Positions 13,995-27,209 of a stretch of 64,000 nt of DNA are shown piece after piece. This stretch comes from Callorhinchus milii (Eukaryota). The translations under genes and the position numbers were made by a program. The notes under the pieces are model-generated. The model saw nothing but the letters and a program-made list of their open reading frames with translations. It was not told the DNA's origin and searched no databases. Each line of letters begins with the position of its first letter. The first letter of the stretch is position 1. The DNA is taken from the NCBI RefSeq assembly GCF_018977255.1, contig NW_024704743.1:7318001-7382000 (forward strand), read 5' to 3'.

Positions 13995-14714
13995 TATGTA
14001 TATTATGGACCAGCTTTGGGTCCATCCAGACTACTGAAGGGTGAATCACCCATGGGGATTCACAATGACTGAGGTTCTCTCAGGGACAGAATTGATATAA
14101 ATGTAGTACAGTAATATCACAAGTGATAATTATCACATCAATTAATTGGAAGAGATTACAGAAATATTGTACAGATGATAACATCTAGTGGCAGCGAGTT
14201 TGAAAGGCGCATTTCATGTACTGTCTCCACCCTCTTAATATCTTTCAAAAGTTGGTCCTGACAGCATATGAAAGCTGCTACCTTTCCTGATGGAAATGCA
14301 ATTACTTCTGGGTTGAGCATATGCCCTCTTGTCTTGCAGCTTTGAAAGCATTATCCCAACCTTACTTTCGTGATAATTAGCAATGATATCTCTCGGTGAA
14401 AAGAAGCTAACCTTCCAGAGGCTGTGTGGTTTAATGGTACTGCCAGAGACCCTGAAAACTGGCAGTGTGTAAGGTATCTACAGTGGGCCTGTGAGTTGTA
14501 GTAATAATCCTTGCATTTGGTATAGCATCTTATCACGTCACTGAAATGTCTCAAAGACTATCATAGGATTTACTGTGAAATGAGTGACTGTGTATTTGTA
14601 GGCAAACATGGCAGCACATTTGCACACAGTAATGTCCTACAAACAGACATGAAGTGAATGACCAATTTTATTTGGGGCATTGTTGGCCAGGACACTGAGA
14701 GAAACTCCTTTCTC

Positions 14715-16370
14715 CAAAACTCCCAACCATTTTGGAGGCCAAAAACAAGCCAAAGGCACTGTTCTCCACCATCCATCACCTCCTCCACGCACATCCACCA
14801 CCATCCAACCCCACAGCTGCTTCCATCCTCACCTCTAACGCCGAGTGCAGAGATCCTAGATTTCTTTGTGTCAAAGATCTAAAATATCCGCTTGGCTGCA
14901 TTCTCCTCCTCTACGTCCCCTTCCCCAAACCCCAGACTGTCTGCACCACCCCCTCCTTCCACCATGGCCCATACCACTCCCCCCTGCCTACACCCCTTTG
15001 TCCTGATTACTCCCACCTCCCTCTCAACCACCATCTCCCAGATGAAGCCCACCACCTGCTGCCTCGACCCCTTCCCCACCGAGCTGCTGGTCACCAAACT
15101 CCCCCTCCTCTCCCCGCTGCTGGCCGACACAGTCAATTAGTTGCTCTCCTTGGGTTCTGTTCTCTCCTCCTTAAAAATACTGTCATCACTCCCCTCCTCA
15201 AAAAACTCACCCTTGACTCCTCCAGCCTCACAAATTACTGACCCATTTCCATTGGCAATGTACTGGAACGTGTTGTCCTAACCAGCTTTGCTCTCACCTC
15301 TCCCTCCACTCCCTCCTCGAGTTCCTCCAGTCTGGTTTCCGCACTGCCCATAGCACAGAGACAGTGCTTGACAAGATCACAAACGACGTCCTCTCTCTCT
15401 GTAACTCTGCCTTCTCATCCTCCTGGACATCTCTGCCGCATTCGACACAGTCAACCATGCCATTCTCATCCACTGCCTCTCCTTTCTCATCCACCTCAGT
15501 GGGACCATACTAGCCTGATTTGAATCCTACCTAATAAACCGCTTTCACTTTATTTCCTCAAACGATTTCTCCTCCTACCTCCACCCAGTCGCCTGTGGTG
15601 TAATAAATTGGTCATTTCAATCAACGACTGTTTGTGGGACACTGCTGTATGCAATTGGTTGCTGTATATCGCCCACAAATAAACAGTCAATTCACTTTAC
15701 AGTCTATTCTGTGAAGCGCTTTGAAACGTCTAGAAGATGTGAAAAGTGCTATATCAAATACAAGGATTATTATTATTATTATTATTACTCCAGAGCTCCA
15801 TTCTTGGCCCCCTCCTCTTCCTCATCTATATGCTCCCTCTTGGCGATGTCATCCGCAGACATGGGGTAAACTTCTACATGTATGCGGATGACACACAAAT
15901 CTACTACTTCTCCTCCAGCTGTAACTCCAGTTCCGCCGATGTTCTCTGGTGGACATCTAGGACTGGATGAGCAAAAACTTCCTACAACTAAATGTTGACA
16001 AGATGGAAGCCATACTCATTGGCTCCCATCAACATCTTCTATCATGTGGCTCTAACCTCCTCAGCCTGTCCTTCAGACTTACCAAACCAATGTGCAACCT
16101 AGGCCACAGATTCAACCTACAGCTGTCCTTCCTTCCCCACATCCGGTCCCTGACAATGACCACCTTCCTCCACCTCCACCACATTTCCCACCTCCGACTC
16201 GTACCTTATCCCAGATGCAGCCAAAACACTCGTCCATGCAATCGTCACCTCCCAACTCGACTTCTCAAATGCCCTCTGTGCTGGTCTCGCTGGCTCCACC
16301 ATGCACAAGATCTAGCTGATCCAAAACTCCACCACTCACCTGTACCAAACTCTGTACCCCCGTCGCACCA
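14715..16370 (+). mobile_element. Older L2 RT fragment interrupted by a SINE at 15601-15787
   Basis: MKPTTCCLDPFPTELL, QSGFR and [10 protein letters not shown], then [22 protein letters not shown] and YMYADDTQ. Confidence 0.85.
15601..15787 (+). mobile_element. 5'-truncated SINE (family B/C tail) inside L2 RT
   Basis: taataaattggtcatttcaatc...gactgtttgtggg...caaggattattatt. Confidence 0.85.
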
Positions 16371-16473
16371 GTTCTATCGCTTTGTAAATGCAAGTTACTG
16401 TTGTTGTTCTCTTTTCGAATCGTGCTATAGGATCTTTAACATACACCTGAACAGGCAGATTGGACCACAGTTT

Positions 16474-19400
16474 AACAACAACAACAACAACAACAAAATT
16501 CCATTTATAGAGCGCCTTTCACATTGGGAGGATGTCCCAAGGCGCTGGACAGTTGGGTCGGGACCCGAGCAGGGGGGAAATGGTCAGGGTGAGGTGAGGG
16601 AAGGGAGGGAGCGAGGAGAGGGCAGAGAGTCGAGAGGGGAGCTGAAGCCATGGTCGAAGAGAAAGGTCTTGAGACCGGCCTTGAAGGAGGAAAGGGAGGA
16701 AGCAAGGCGAAGGCACTGGGGAATAGAGTTCCAGAGCCTAGGGGCTGAGAGGCTGAAGGCCCGACCACCGATGGTAGGGCAGTTGGGGCGGGGAAGGTGG
16801 AGCAGACCAGAGCCAGAGGAACGGAGGGTACGGGCAGGTAAGTAGTGGAATAGTAGGTCAGAGAGGTAGGAAGAAGCAAGGCCGCGAATGGCCTTGTAGG
16901 CGAGGATGAGGATGTTGAATTCGATCCTCTGGGGGATGGGGAGCCAGTGGAGGCGAGCGAGGGTGGGAGTGATGTGGTCCCGAAGCCTGGTGCGGGACAG
17001 TACACGAGCTGCAGAGTTCTGAATGACCTGCAGCTTGTGGAGGGAGGTGCCGGGAAGGCCGGCGAGGAGAGAGTTCCCATAGTCCAGCCTTGAGGTGATA
17101 AAGGCGTGGACCAGAGTTTCAGCAGCGTGAGGGGTGAGGTAGTGCCGTAGTCTGGCGATGTTTCGGAGGTGATGGAAGGAGGTGCCAGTTGTGGCGCGGA
17201 TATGAGGGAGAAAGGACAGCTCAGGGTCGAACAGAAAGCCGAGGTTCCTGACTGGCTTTGAGAGGTGGAGAGTGCAGCCTTGGATGCTGATGCTGTCAGC
17301 GCCTGAGGTGCGGAGGCGCTGAGCCAATCAGGAGGGCCTCAGTTTTGCGCACGTTGAGCTGAAGAAAGTTGTCTCTCGTCCAGGACTCGATGTCAGACAG
17401 GCAGCTGTCAGGACATCGGTGGTCGTGGAGTTGAGGGTAGAGGAGGAAAGGTAGAGTTGGGTGTCATCCGCATACATGTGGAAGTTAACCCCATGTCTGC
17501 GGATGATGTCACCAAGGGGGAGCATATAGAGGGTGAAGAGGAGGGGACCGAGGACAGAGCCCTGAGGGACACCGCACGAGACAGTGCGAGGGCTGGAGGA
17601 AAAGCTGTTTGCGGAAATAAAATGAAGACGGTGGGAGAGGTACGACCTAAACCACTCAAGGACAGGGCCTTGAAGGTTGAGGTGGGAGGACAAGCGGTGG
17701 AGGAGGATAGCGTGGTCGACCGTATCGAATGCTGCCGATAGGTCGAGGAGGACGAGGAGGCAGAGGGAGCCCTGGTCGCAGATGGTCAGGATGTCATTGG
17801 TGACCTTGACCAGGGCAGTTTCTGTGCTATGGGCAGCACGGAAACCCGACTGAAGGGGTTCGAATAATGAATGGGTGGAGAGGAAAGAGCGCAGCTGGGA
17901 GGCGACAACTCTTTCAAGGACCTTGGACAGGAAGGGGAGGTTGGAGATGGGCCGGTAGCTTGATAGCTGCGACGCATCAAGGGAGGGTTTTTTCAAAGGG
18001 GGAGTGATGATGGCAGTTTTTAAGGGAATGGGAACAGAGCCAGAGGAGAGGGACAGGTTGATGATGTCTGTGATATGTGGGACAAGGAGGTGGAGCTTGG
18101 AGATAAGGAGTGAAGTGGGGATGGGGTCAAGGGAGCAGGTGGTGGGTTTCAGGAATAGGATGAGTTTGGTGACAGAGGGTGAGGAAACGGGTATGAAGGT
18201 GTGTAGGGGAGGATGGGTAGGAGTCGGAGTGTGGGAGGGAAAGGGTGGGGGATTGGTGGAGGTTGGAGGGGGAGTGACCGCGGAGCGGATTCCCTTGATT
18301 TTGGATTCAAGGAAATCCAGCATCTCCTCGCAGTGAAGGTTGGAGGAGATGACCTGCGCGGGGTGGCGGGGGGGACGGAGGAGTCGGGATGTGGTAGAAA
18401 ACAGTAGCCTGGGGTTGTTCTTCGCCTCCAGGATTATCCTGGAGTAGAAGGACGACTTGGCCGAGGCTAGAGTGGAGCGGTAGATTTTGAGGAGGTCCAG
18501 CCAGATTTGTCGGTGGACCGTTAGGCCAGATTTGACGCAGGTGCGTTCAGCGGCCCGCACCTGGCTCTTCAGTGAGCGGAGGTGGGTGGTGAACCAGGGG
18601 GAGGAGCGAGAGTAGGAGACAGTACGGGAGGTGATGGGGGCAAGAGTGTCGAGTGTGGAGGAGAGGGTATTGTGGAGGAGGGTGAGAGGAGAAGAGGGGT
18701 CAGTGAGGGTTGAAGGCCAGAGGGAGAGGAGTTCAGAGGACTCCAAGGCAGCGGTTAGGGATTTTGGGGGTAACTTCTTCCAGGGGTGGTAGAAGATGGT
18801 GGTGGGTCTGGTGGAGGTGGGGAGGGGGGGTGAAGGTGGTGAAGGAGATGGTGATCGGAGAAGGCCTTGTTGGTAATGGTGACATCCGAGACACTGAGGC
18901 CCCGGGTGATCATCAAGTCGAGTGAGTGGCCGTGACTGAGTGGGGAAGTTGATGTGGAGGGAGAGGTTGAGCGAGGAGAGCAGGGAAGAGAAGTCCGAGG
19001 AGATGGAGCAGGAGGGGGTGAAGTGCAGGTTGAAGTCACCCAGGATGATGAGGCGATCAGAGCAGAGGCAGAGAGATGTAAGTAGTGTCGAAGGTGATGA
19101 AGGTGGGAGAGGTTTTAGGGGGCTGGTAGACGAGGAGGATTTTGAGTGAGAGGAAGGAGGGGTGGGAGAGGGTAAGGTGCTCGAAAGAGGGGAAAGAGCC
19201 AGAGGAGTAGGGGGATAGGGCAAGTGGTGTCCTTGATATAAGGGCTACACCACGCCATGGCGGTTGGGGCGAGGGATGTGGTGGGAGGTGTAGCCGGGTG
19301 GTGTGGCCTCCGTGAGGGGGAAGGTGTCGCCTGGGGTGAGCCAGGTTTCCGTTAAGGCCATGATGTCAACGCTCTCATCAAGGATGAGATCGTTGATGAC

Positions 19401-19945
19401 CAGGGCCTTGTTACAGAGGGAGCGGACATTTTGTAGTCCGATGTGGAGGGAGCGGTTGACAGAAGGGTGTGTGGGGAGGGAGGGGGGTCCAGGTTGTGAG
19501 GCAGGGGTGGGGGAATGGGGATGAGGGAGGAGAGGTTGGCTCCCCGGGTCTGTGTCGGGAGTGGCTGGCGAGCGTGGTGGGGAATGGGGCAGTCGGTGCA
19601 GTTGCTGCTGCTGGACAGCCAACGCCGAGTGCCACAGTGAGGTTTCCCAGATTGGAACAGAGGGAGGTTGTGGGAGGGTCAAGTGGGGATAGAAGGCGAG
19701 AGGGACGGAGAGAGAGGAGGACAGAGCGGGAGAGATGCAGAGGTGGGAGGGTTTGGGGGGAGAGAGGAAGGGGGAGGGAGGGGGTGAGGGGGCTCGGGTC
19801 AAAGTAGCAGCCATAGTGCGCACGTGGTGACCGGGAGCGAGCGATCAGGTGAATGGCATTAGCCCATAGGCTGGGGCAGCCAACCCAACAGGACCATGGT
19901 GGGCCCTGATGCGAGCCCTGGGGGGGGGGGGGGGGCGCAGAGGGT
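16474..19945 (-). mobile_element. Near full-length L2-clade LINE (APE endonuclease + RT), frameshifted
   Basis: APE motifs [30 protein letters not shown] and SDHHLL; RT motifs [42 protein letters not shown] and YADDTQ; L2-type C-terminus RLHWLPI...RAFS...LWNSIP; 3' tail ending in (TTG)n. Several indels split the ORF. Confidence 0.93.
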
Positions 19946-21219
19946 TTTTTTTTTTGCAACATCCCCCAGCACTGCATTGGAATATCAACTTAGACTAAGT
20001 GAGTTCAAGTCCCAGTGAAGAGAAGATGGAGCCTCTGCCACAATAAGGGGGGAACCGAGGCACCAGGAAACTCTTTCTCTCTCTCAGAGGAGGTGGCCCT
20101 GGATACTTGGCTGGATGCAGACAGCACGATGGACTTTTGAGCAGTAGGGATTTTGAAGGCGAGTGCCTGTAAGAAAGAATTGCAGGACATTGACTGACAA
20201 ATCAGGTGCTTTCACTCCTCACTGCTGTATAGAGCTAGGGAGTGTTAAGCGTGAAGGGTGCTATATAAATGTAAGTTGTTGTTGTTGAGCATGGCATGCC
20301 GAGGTTTTTCCTCTTGTGATTATAAACCATGAGTGTGTCCTTGTGCATTACTATCTTCCAGGCTTGGAAGATCTGCGGTCACAGTTCATTGTCTCATCCT
20401 TCAGGACAGCCGTCCTCCAAATCATTACTGTACCTGACAATGGGCTAATGGGCTCTGACATACATTTCAAAATTTTAATTTCTTTTTGTAAGCATTAGGA
20501 GTGTTTCAGATGTGCTGGAGACAACAACTCCCCACTTCCCTCCCCAGCCCCTATACACTGTGCTTAATCCTGACATTCGTGAAGTCAGGAACCACATTTG
20601 ATCCACAGTCACGGCTATTCCACTGTTCTTGTCTTTCAGGTGAGACATTAAACCAAGGCCCCATCTGCCTATTCAGATTAATGTTAAAGATCGCACAGTA
20701 CTGTTCGAAAAGAGAAGGGAGTTTCTCCCAGTGTCCGGGCCAACAATCCCCCAGATAAAATTGCTCATTCACTTCAGAACTGAGGAATAGAAACTGTACT
20801 TAAAAGTCATTCGATCAGCCACGTGAAGGTAAAAGATTATTTGTGAGGTTAGAGAGTAGATGGATATAATCTCTGTTGGGCGTAGAATTTCCCTGCCAAC
20901 AACTGCAGATTATTTCTCTGTAAAGCTGCAGTGGTGACGCACTGACACCCGTACCAGCCCTGTCGGAACCTTCTTTCTCGTCAGTCAGTTCACCACAGAC
21001 TCTAATAAAGAAGGATTTCCAATGATGGAACATCTGTCGAGTCTTGGCTTCAGCACCAACGAGTTTTATTTATTTTCTAAGGCAGGAAAACCACACCTGA
21101 CTTCAAAGAGCAGTTACCAACATGAAACTAGTCCACTGCTTCTATATGTTATAAAGCACAAACCTACATACAAACAATCATAGATGTACTTGCATGGATA
21201 TTTATAAATATTAATAATG

Positions 21220-21595
21220 TTTACATTTGACGTAGCTCTTTGTTTGTCAGGAGGGGGTCGCAAAGCGCTTCACAGGATTTGTGAAAATGAGTATTGGGCA
21301 TTTGTGGAGGGTCTGCCAGTCAGGACATCAGGAAGAACTCCCTTCTCTTTCCGAGCAGTGCCATACGATCTTCAATATCTACCTGAACAGACAGATGAGA
21401 TCTTCGGTTAACATATCATCTGACGGACAGCATCTCCAACAATGAAGCAACAACAAATTACATTTATATAGCACCTTTCACACCCCTAATACTGCACTAG
21501 AGTGTCAGCATAGAATATATGGGTTCCGAGTCCTGACATCTGCCTTGAACCTACAATCTTCTGATTCAGAGGCAAAATTGCTGCCAGCTAAGCCA
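21220..21595 (-). mobile_element. SINE family A
   Basis: Reverse-complement head (cttctgattcagagg) and core. Confidence 0.7.
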
Positions 21596-21599
21596 TGCT

Positions 21600-21970
21600 G
21601 ACACACAAATATACAGGCACGCACACTCATATAGTTACACACACACGCTGGCTCATGTTTATAAACACTAACTCACACTGCTGTACACATGCATATTCAA
21701 TTATACAGAGATATAGAATTGATACACAGACACTCACATTCATACACAGAATGAAACATTTATATATACAAACTTACATTGATATACACGCACAATCATG
21801 AACATGCTTATTACACACAAGTATTTACACACAGATTCTCAAACACTTATATACACACACATATGCATACACGCTTTATACATAGTTTCATGCATACTTG
21901 TTCGTGTACTTACATTACATACCAAGAGATACATATGTACAGAAATTCATACACTTATACACACAAAAAA
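21600..21970. repeat. Degenerate (CA)/(TA)-rich low-complexity tract
   Basis: Directly visible; it generates the His/Thr-rich spurious ORFs. Confidence 0.8.
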
Positions 21971-22187
21971 TCTAATGATTTACAATTATTTACAACCGAG
22001 CCACCAAACTGGAAAAACAAACTATTCCATGAATGAAAACATTAGTCAGGATAACTGGACATTTATCTTATTGCAGCAACTCCACAAGAGACTATCTGGT
22101 CGTATATTCTTCTCTGCTCTGCTTCTAGCCTGTCTCAGTGACCATTTGGAGGCTATCAAAAACAACACAATTCTCACATTAGAACAA

Positions 22188-22520
22188 TAATAATACTTGT
22201 ATTTGATATAGTGCCTTATTACGTCTTTGGGAAGACATCTCAAAGCACTTGACAGGATTTTATTGTAAAGTGCATTTTGTAGATAAACACGGCAGTCAAT
22301 TTGCGCATAGCAATGTCCCATAAACAGTCATGAAGTGAATGACCAAATTTATTTGGGCGTTTGTTGGTCAGGATACCAGGATACCAGGATAAGAATCCCT
22401 TCTCTTTTCAAACAGAATCATGGGATCTTTAACATCCACTTGTTTTGTCCAAAAAACAGCACCTCTGATAATGCAACGCTCCCTCTGCATTTGAGTATCA
22501 GCCTAGACTGTCAGCCTAGA
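22188..22520 (-). mobile_element. SINE family A, partial
   Basis: Tail aataataatacttgtatttgatatagtgcc and core remnants. Confidence 0.7.
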
Positions 22521-23909
22521 ATGAGGCAACATTCTCTGAAATATTATGGATTTAAAACAGAGACAATGAAATCTTGAGGGGGAAGGAGGCAGAAATAAAA
22601 AGTCCAGTTTGGGCTCAATATTCCACATGCAACTGGTGGTGAATGTGATGAATTATGAATTTTTGCTTGATGTGCTCTGGGGCAAAGAAGAAATATAGAG
22701 AATTTTTACGTTAACTTTCCCCTTCTGTTTTTCAAGCCTCTCCAACTCCTCTGTCGCAAGAGTCAGCACTGAACGTATTGCTCCATGTACAGCAGCTCGT
22801 ATGCTATCTTGATCACTTAACCATTAGATACTAATGCAGCATTATGCTCTGCCTCACGTGTTAGATCAACCTTTGCTTCCCTTTTCCTGTAATCCACGGT
22901 GCAGAGCAGAACTGATCTTTTGAAACCCGACATGAATGATCTGAGTTAAAAGTCATTTGGATGAGACAATATTCTTTGCGTCATCGGTTACGTTCTATTT
23001 TTCTACCCAAACAACACTTTCAGTCCCAATGACAGTTTACACCAAAAACCCAAATCTTTTTGCAACCAGTCAGAGGCACGGAAGATAATTGAAAGGTTTG
23101 ACACACTTCCACTGGTTAATTTAACAAACCCAGGACAGAGGGATAGGATCACAAGACCACAAGTTTAGCTTGAATGAAGAAGACTCTTCATCTCTCCATT
23201 CAGAACCCCATCCTTACTGAAATACGTTCGATCCTAACAGGTTTAGGTAACCTGAACTATAGTAATAAGTTTAATGTTGGCAAAAAACAAAAAATATGAA
23301 TTGCTGCACTCACCTACAAAATAGGCCTCATTTCAAATCCAGTCACTTTTTCATTAGAATTATGCAATGCAGTACTGTTAGTGGAGTTTCCCCTTTATAA
23401 GACATCATCGCTCATCGCAACATTGCTAGGAAATATTTTGATATTATTCAGCAATTTTGGAGCAGAGAAAGAGAGAAGCGTACAGCACTGTGAAATCTTT
23501 GTCAGTTCAGCTGCGATTGATCATATTGAGGGGAAGGGAATTTCCATTTTTCTCCCTCTTTCCTCCCTTTCTTTCTTGCCACATAATGAACAGGTCTTCA
23601 ATGGGAGAAAATAAAATTAATGGTATCTGTGCACGTTTGGTTTAAGTGTTAGCACAAAATAAGTTATCTTTATGTGGGCTTTTTCATCTAAGTTTATCTT
23701 TCAAATCTGCTTATCATTTAAGTTTTGTTATTATTCTGAATTTTTTTCCTTTTATTGTTCAGAATGTGTTATTACAGTCATGTCTGTAATATTCCTTGCA
23801 CTGGGCAGGTATAGACTTTTTTAAAACATAAGGCTCAGTTGGTAGCACTCTAACCTATGAGAGTGTGTTCAACAAGCACTTTGGGCCTTTGAACTCACAG
23901 TGTTGCCTG

Positions 23910-25811
23910 CGCCACCCCGCGCAGGTCATCTCCTCCAACCTTCACTGCGAGGAGATGCTGGATTTCCTTGAATCCAAAATCAAGGGAATCCGCTCCGCGG
24001 TCACTGCCCCTCCAACTTCCACCCACACCCCACCCCTTCCCTCCCACACTCCGACTCCTACCCATCCTCCCCTACACACCTTCGAATCCATTTCCCCACC
24101 CTCTGTCACCAACCTCATCCGGTCCCTGAAATCCACCACCTGCTCCCTGGACCCCATCCCCAGTCCACTCCTTATCTCCCAGCTCCACCTCCTTGCCCCA
24201 CTTCTCACAGACATCATCAACCTGTCCCTCTCCTCTGCTCTGTTCCCATTCCCCTAAAAATTGCCATCATCACTCCCACACTGAAAAAACCCTCCCTTGA
24301 TGCGTCACAGCTATCAAGCTACCGGCCCATCTCCAACCTCCCCTTCCTGTCCAAGGTTCTTGAAAAAGTTGTTACCTCCCAGCTGCGCTCTTTCCTCTCC
24401 ACCCATTCATTATTTGAACCCCTTCAGTCGGGTTTCCGTGCTGCCCATAGCACAGAAACCGCCCTGGTCAAGGTCACTCATGACATCCTGACCATCTGCG
24501 ACCAGGGCTCCCTCTGCCTCCTCATCCTCCTCGACCTATTGGCCGAATTCGATACGTTCGACCACTCTATCCTCCTCCACCACTTGTCCTCCCACCTCAA
24601 CCTTCAAGGCCCTGTCCTTGAGTGATTTAAGTCCTACCTCTCCCACCATCTTCAGTTTGTTTCCACAAACGGCTGTTCCTCCAGCCCCCACACTGTCTCG
24701 TGTAGTGTCCCTCAGGGCTCTGTCCTCGGTCCCCTCCTCTTCAACTTCGATATGCTCCCCCTTGGTGACATCATCCGCAGACATCGGGTTAACGTCCACA
24801 TGTATGCGGATGACACCCAACTCTACCTTTCCTCCTCTACCCTCAACTCCACGACCACCGATGTCCTGACAGCTGCCTGTCTGACATCGAGTCCTGGATG
24901 AGAGACAACTTTCTTCAGCTCAACGTGCACAAAACTGAGGCCCTCCTGATTGGCTCACGTCAGCGCCTCCGCACCTCAGGCACTGACAGCATCAGCATCC
25001 AAGGCTGCACTCTCCACCTCTCACAGCCAGTCAGGAACCTCGGCGTTCTGTTCGACCCTGAGCTGTCCTTTCTTCCCCACATCCGCGCCACAACTGGCAC
25101 CTCCTTCCACCACCTCCGTAACATCGCCAGACTACGGCACTACCTCACCCCTCACGCTGCTGAAACACTGGTCCACACCTTTATCACCTCAAGGCTGGAC
25201 TATGGGAACTCTCTCCTCGCCGGCCTTCCCGGCACCTCCCTCCACGAGCTGCAGGTCATTCAGAACTCTACAGCTCGTGTACTGTCCCGCACCAGGCTTC
25301 GCGACCACATCACTCCCACCCTCGCTCGCCTCCACTGGCTTCCCATCCCCCAGAGGATCGAATTCAAAATCCTCATCCTCACCTACAAGGCCATTCACGG
25401 CCTCGCTCCCTCCTACCTCTCCGACCTACTATCCCGCTACTTACCTGCCCGTATCCTCCGTTCCTCTGACTCCGGTCTGCTCCACATCCCCCGCCCCAAC
25501 CGCCCTACCATCGGTGGCCGGGCCTTCAGCCTCTCAGCCCCGAGGCTCTGGAACTCCATCCCCCAGTGCCTTCGCCTTGCCTCCTCCCTTTCCTCCTTCA
25601 AGGCCGGTCTCAAGACCTTTCTCTTCGACCATGGCTTCAGCTCCCCTCTCGACTCTCTGCCCTCTCCTCGCTCCCTCCCTTCCCTCACTTCCCTCACCTC
25701 ACCCTGACCATTTCCCCCCTGCTCGGGTCCCGAACCAACTGTCCAGCGCCTTGGGACGTCCTCCCCACGTGAAAGGCGCTCTATAAATGAAATCTTGTTG
25801 TTGTTGTTGTT
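23910..25811 (+). mobile_element. 5'-truncated young L2 LINE (RT to 3' tail) with target-site duplication TGTTGCCTG
   Basis: Closely similar to the reverse complement of 16474-18368; intact 269-aa C-terminal ORF; (TTG)n tail; TGTTGCCTG at 23901-23909 and 25808-25816. Confidence 0.93.
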
Positions 25812-26024
25812 GCCTGACACTCCAGTGCAGTGCTGGGAACACACTGCATTGTTGTGGCCTTTTTCAGGTGGATGTTAAAGATCTCATGGCACTATTCGAA
25901 AAGCGAAAGGAGTTTCTCTCAGTGTCCTGGCCAACAATCCCTCAGATAAAACTGGTCATTCGCTCAATAGTGGGACATTGATGATCCAGGTCATTAATAC
26001 ACACAAGGAACAGTAAAGACCTCT

Positions 26025-26550
26025 GAGGCATTCTGTTTAGTATCTCTCCCCATTTTGACCTTGCTTCCCAAACAAAGATGCTCTGTTTCCTTCCCTTAAG
26101 TCAATTCCAAATCTAAGTCTGTATCTTGTCCTTGAAAGGAGACTTTCATGTGGTACTTTGTTGAATGCCTTTTGGAAGTCTCGATATACTACATCATATG
26201 GCTTCCCACAGTCAAATTGGGTTGCCACTTCCTCAGAAAAGTCTATGAGATTGGTCAAACAGGATCTACCTTTCTGAACCCATGTCCACTCTCAATTATT
26301 AGATTATTTTAAATAGGTAATCTTCCACTTCCTTTCTGATGATTGACTCCATAATGTTTCCTATTAATGAAGAAAGGATAATGGGACTATAATTACCAGA
26401 TTTAATTTTGTCACCCTTCTTCTCTCTATGAGAGCAACACCTGCTTGCTTTCAATCCATTTGAACTACCACCATCCTAATTGATTCCCTCATAATGTCTG
26501 TCAGTGCTGCACAAATCTCCTGACTTGACTTCCTTAATACCCTTAAGCAT
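26025..26550 (-). mobile_element. CR1-clade LINE RT relic
   Basis: TNLIDFSEEV...YDVVYRDFQKAFNKVPH matches the CR1 RT signature (TNLLEFFEEV...DVVYLDFQKAFDKVPH), distinct from the L2 LDLSAAFD. Confidence 0.85.
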
Positions 26551-27209
26551 ATGTTAGTTTAGATCGTATCCATGTTTATATTAAAGACCTCAAACAATGT
26601 TATAACAGCAATATCAGTGTCTTGGAGCACTTAACAGTATATTGCTGTAATATTGCCTGAATATCTGAACAACCAGTTTATTACATTGTACAGTACAATG
26701 CGATGACATTACGAGATGTTAACTTTCTACAACTCAGCAAGATGTGGCATTTTGATACCTGCTGCTAAATTCTCAAACATCAGCAGAATATAGATCACAA
26801 ACGTACAGATGGGTCTCAACAAATGAGACACAGTTAGTTATGGGAAGACATTACTAAGCGTCAGCATTACCTGCAGATTTCTATAACTTCTAGTCTTCAA
26901 GCTTCTAGTCTTGTAGGAAATTGTTGGGGAGATTCCATAAATAAATTTGATATACTGTAGCACTTATGATGTCAAAACAACCAACCACTTTACAGTAATT
27001 ATTGTTAAGCGTAGTGACTGTATATTTTGTAGGGAAACAGGGCAGCCAATTTTTGCACAGCATTGCCCCACAAACAACGAGGAGGTGAATGACCTATTTA
27101 TTATTGTTGGCCGGGACACAGGTAGAAACTAACTTCTCTGTTCAAATAGTCGCATGCGTTCTTTAGAGTTCACTTTAATAAGCAGATGGGACTTGATTTA
27201 ATACTAATC

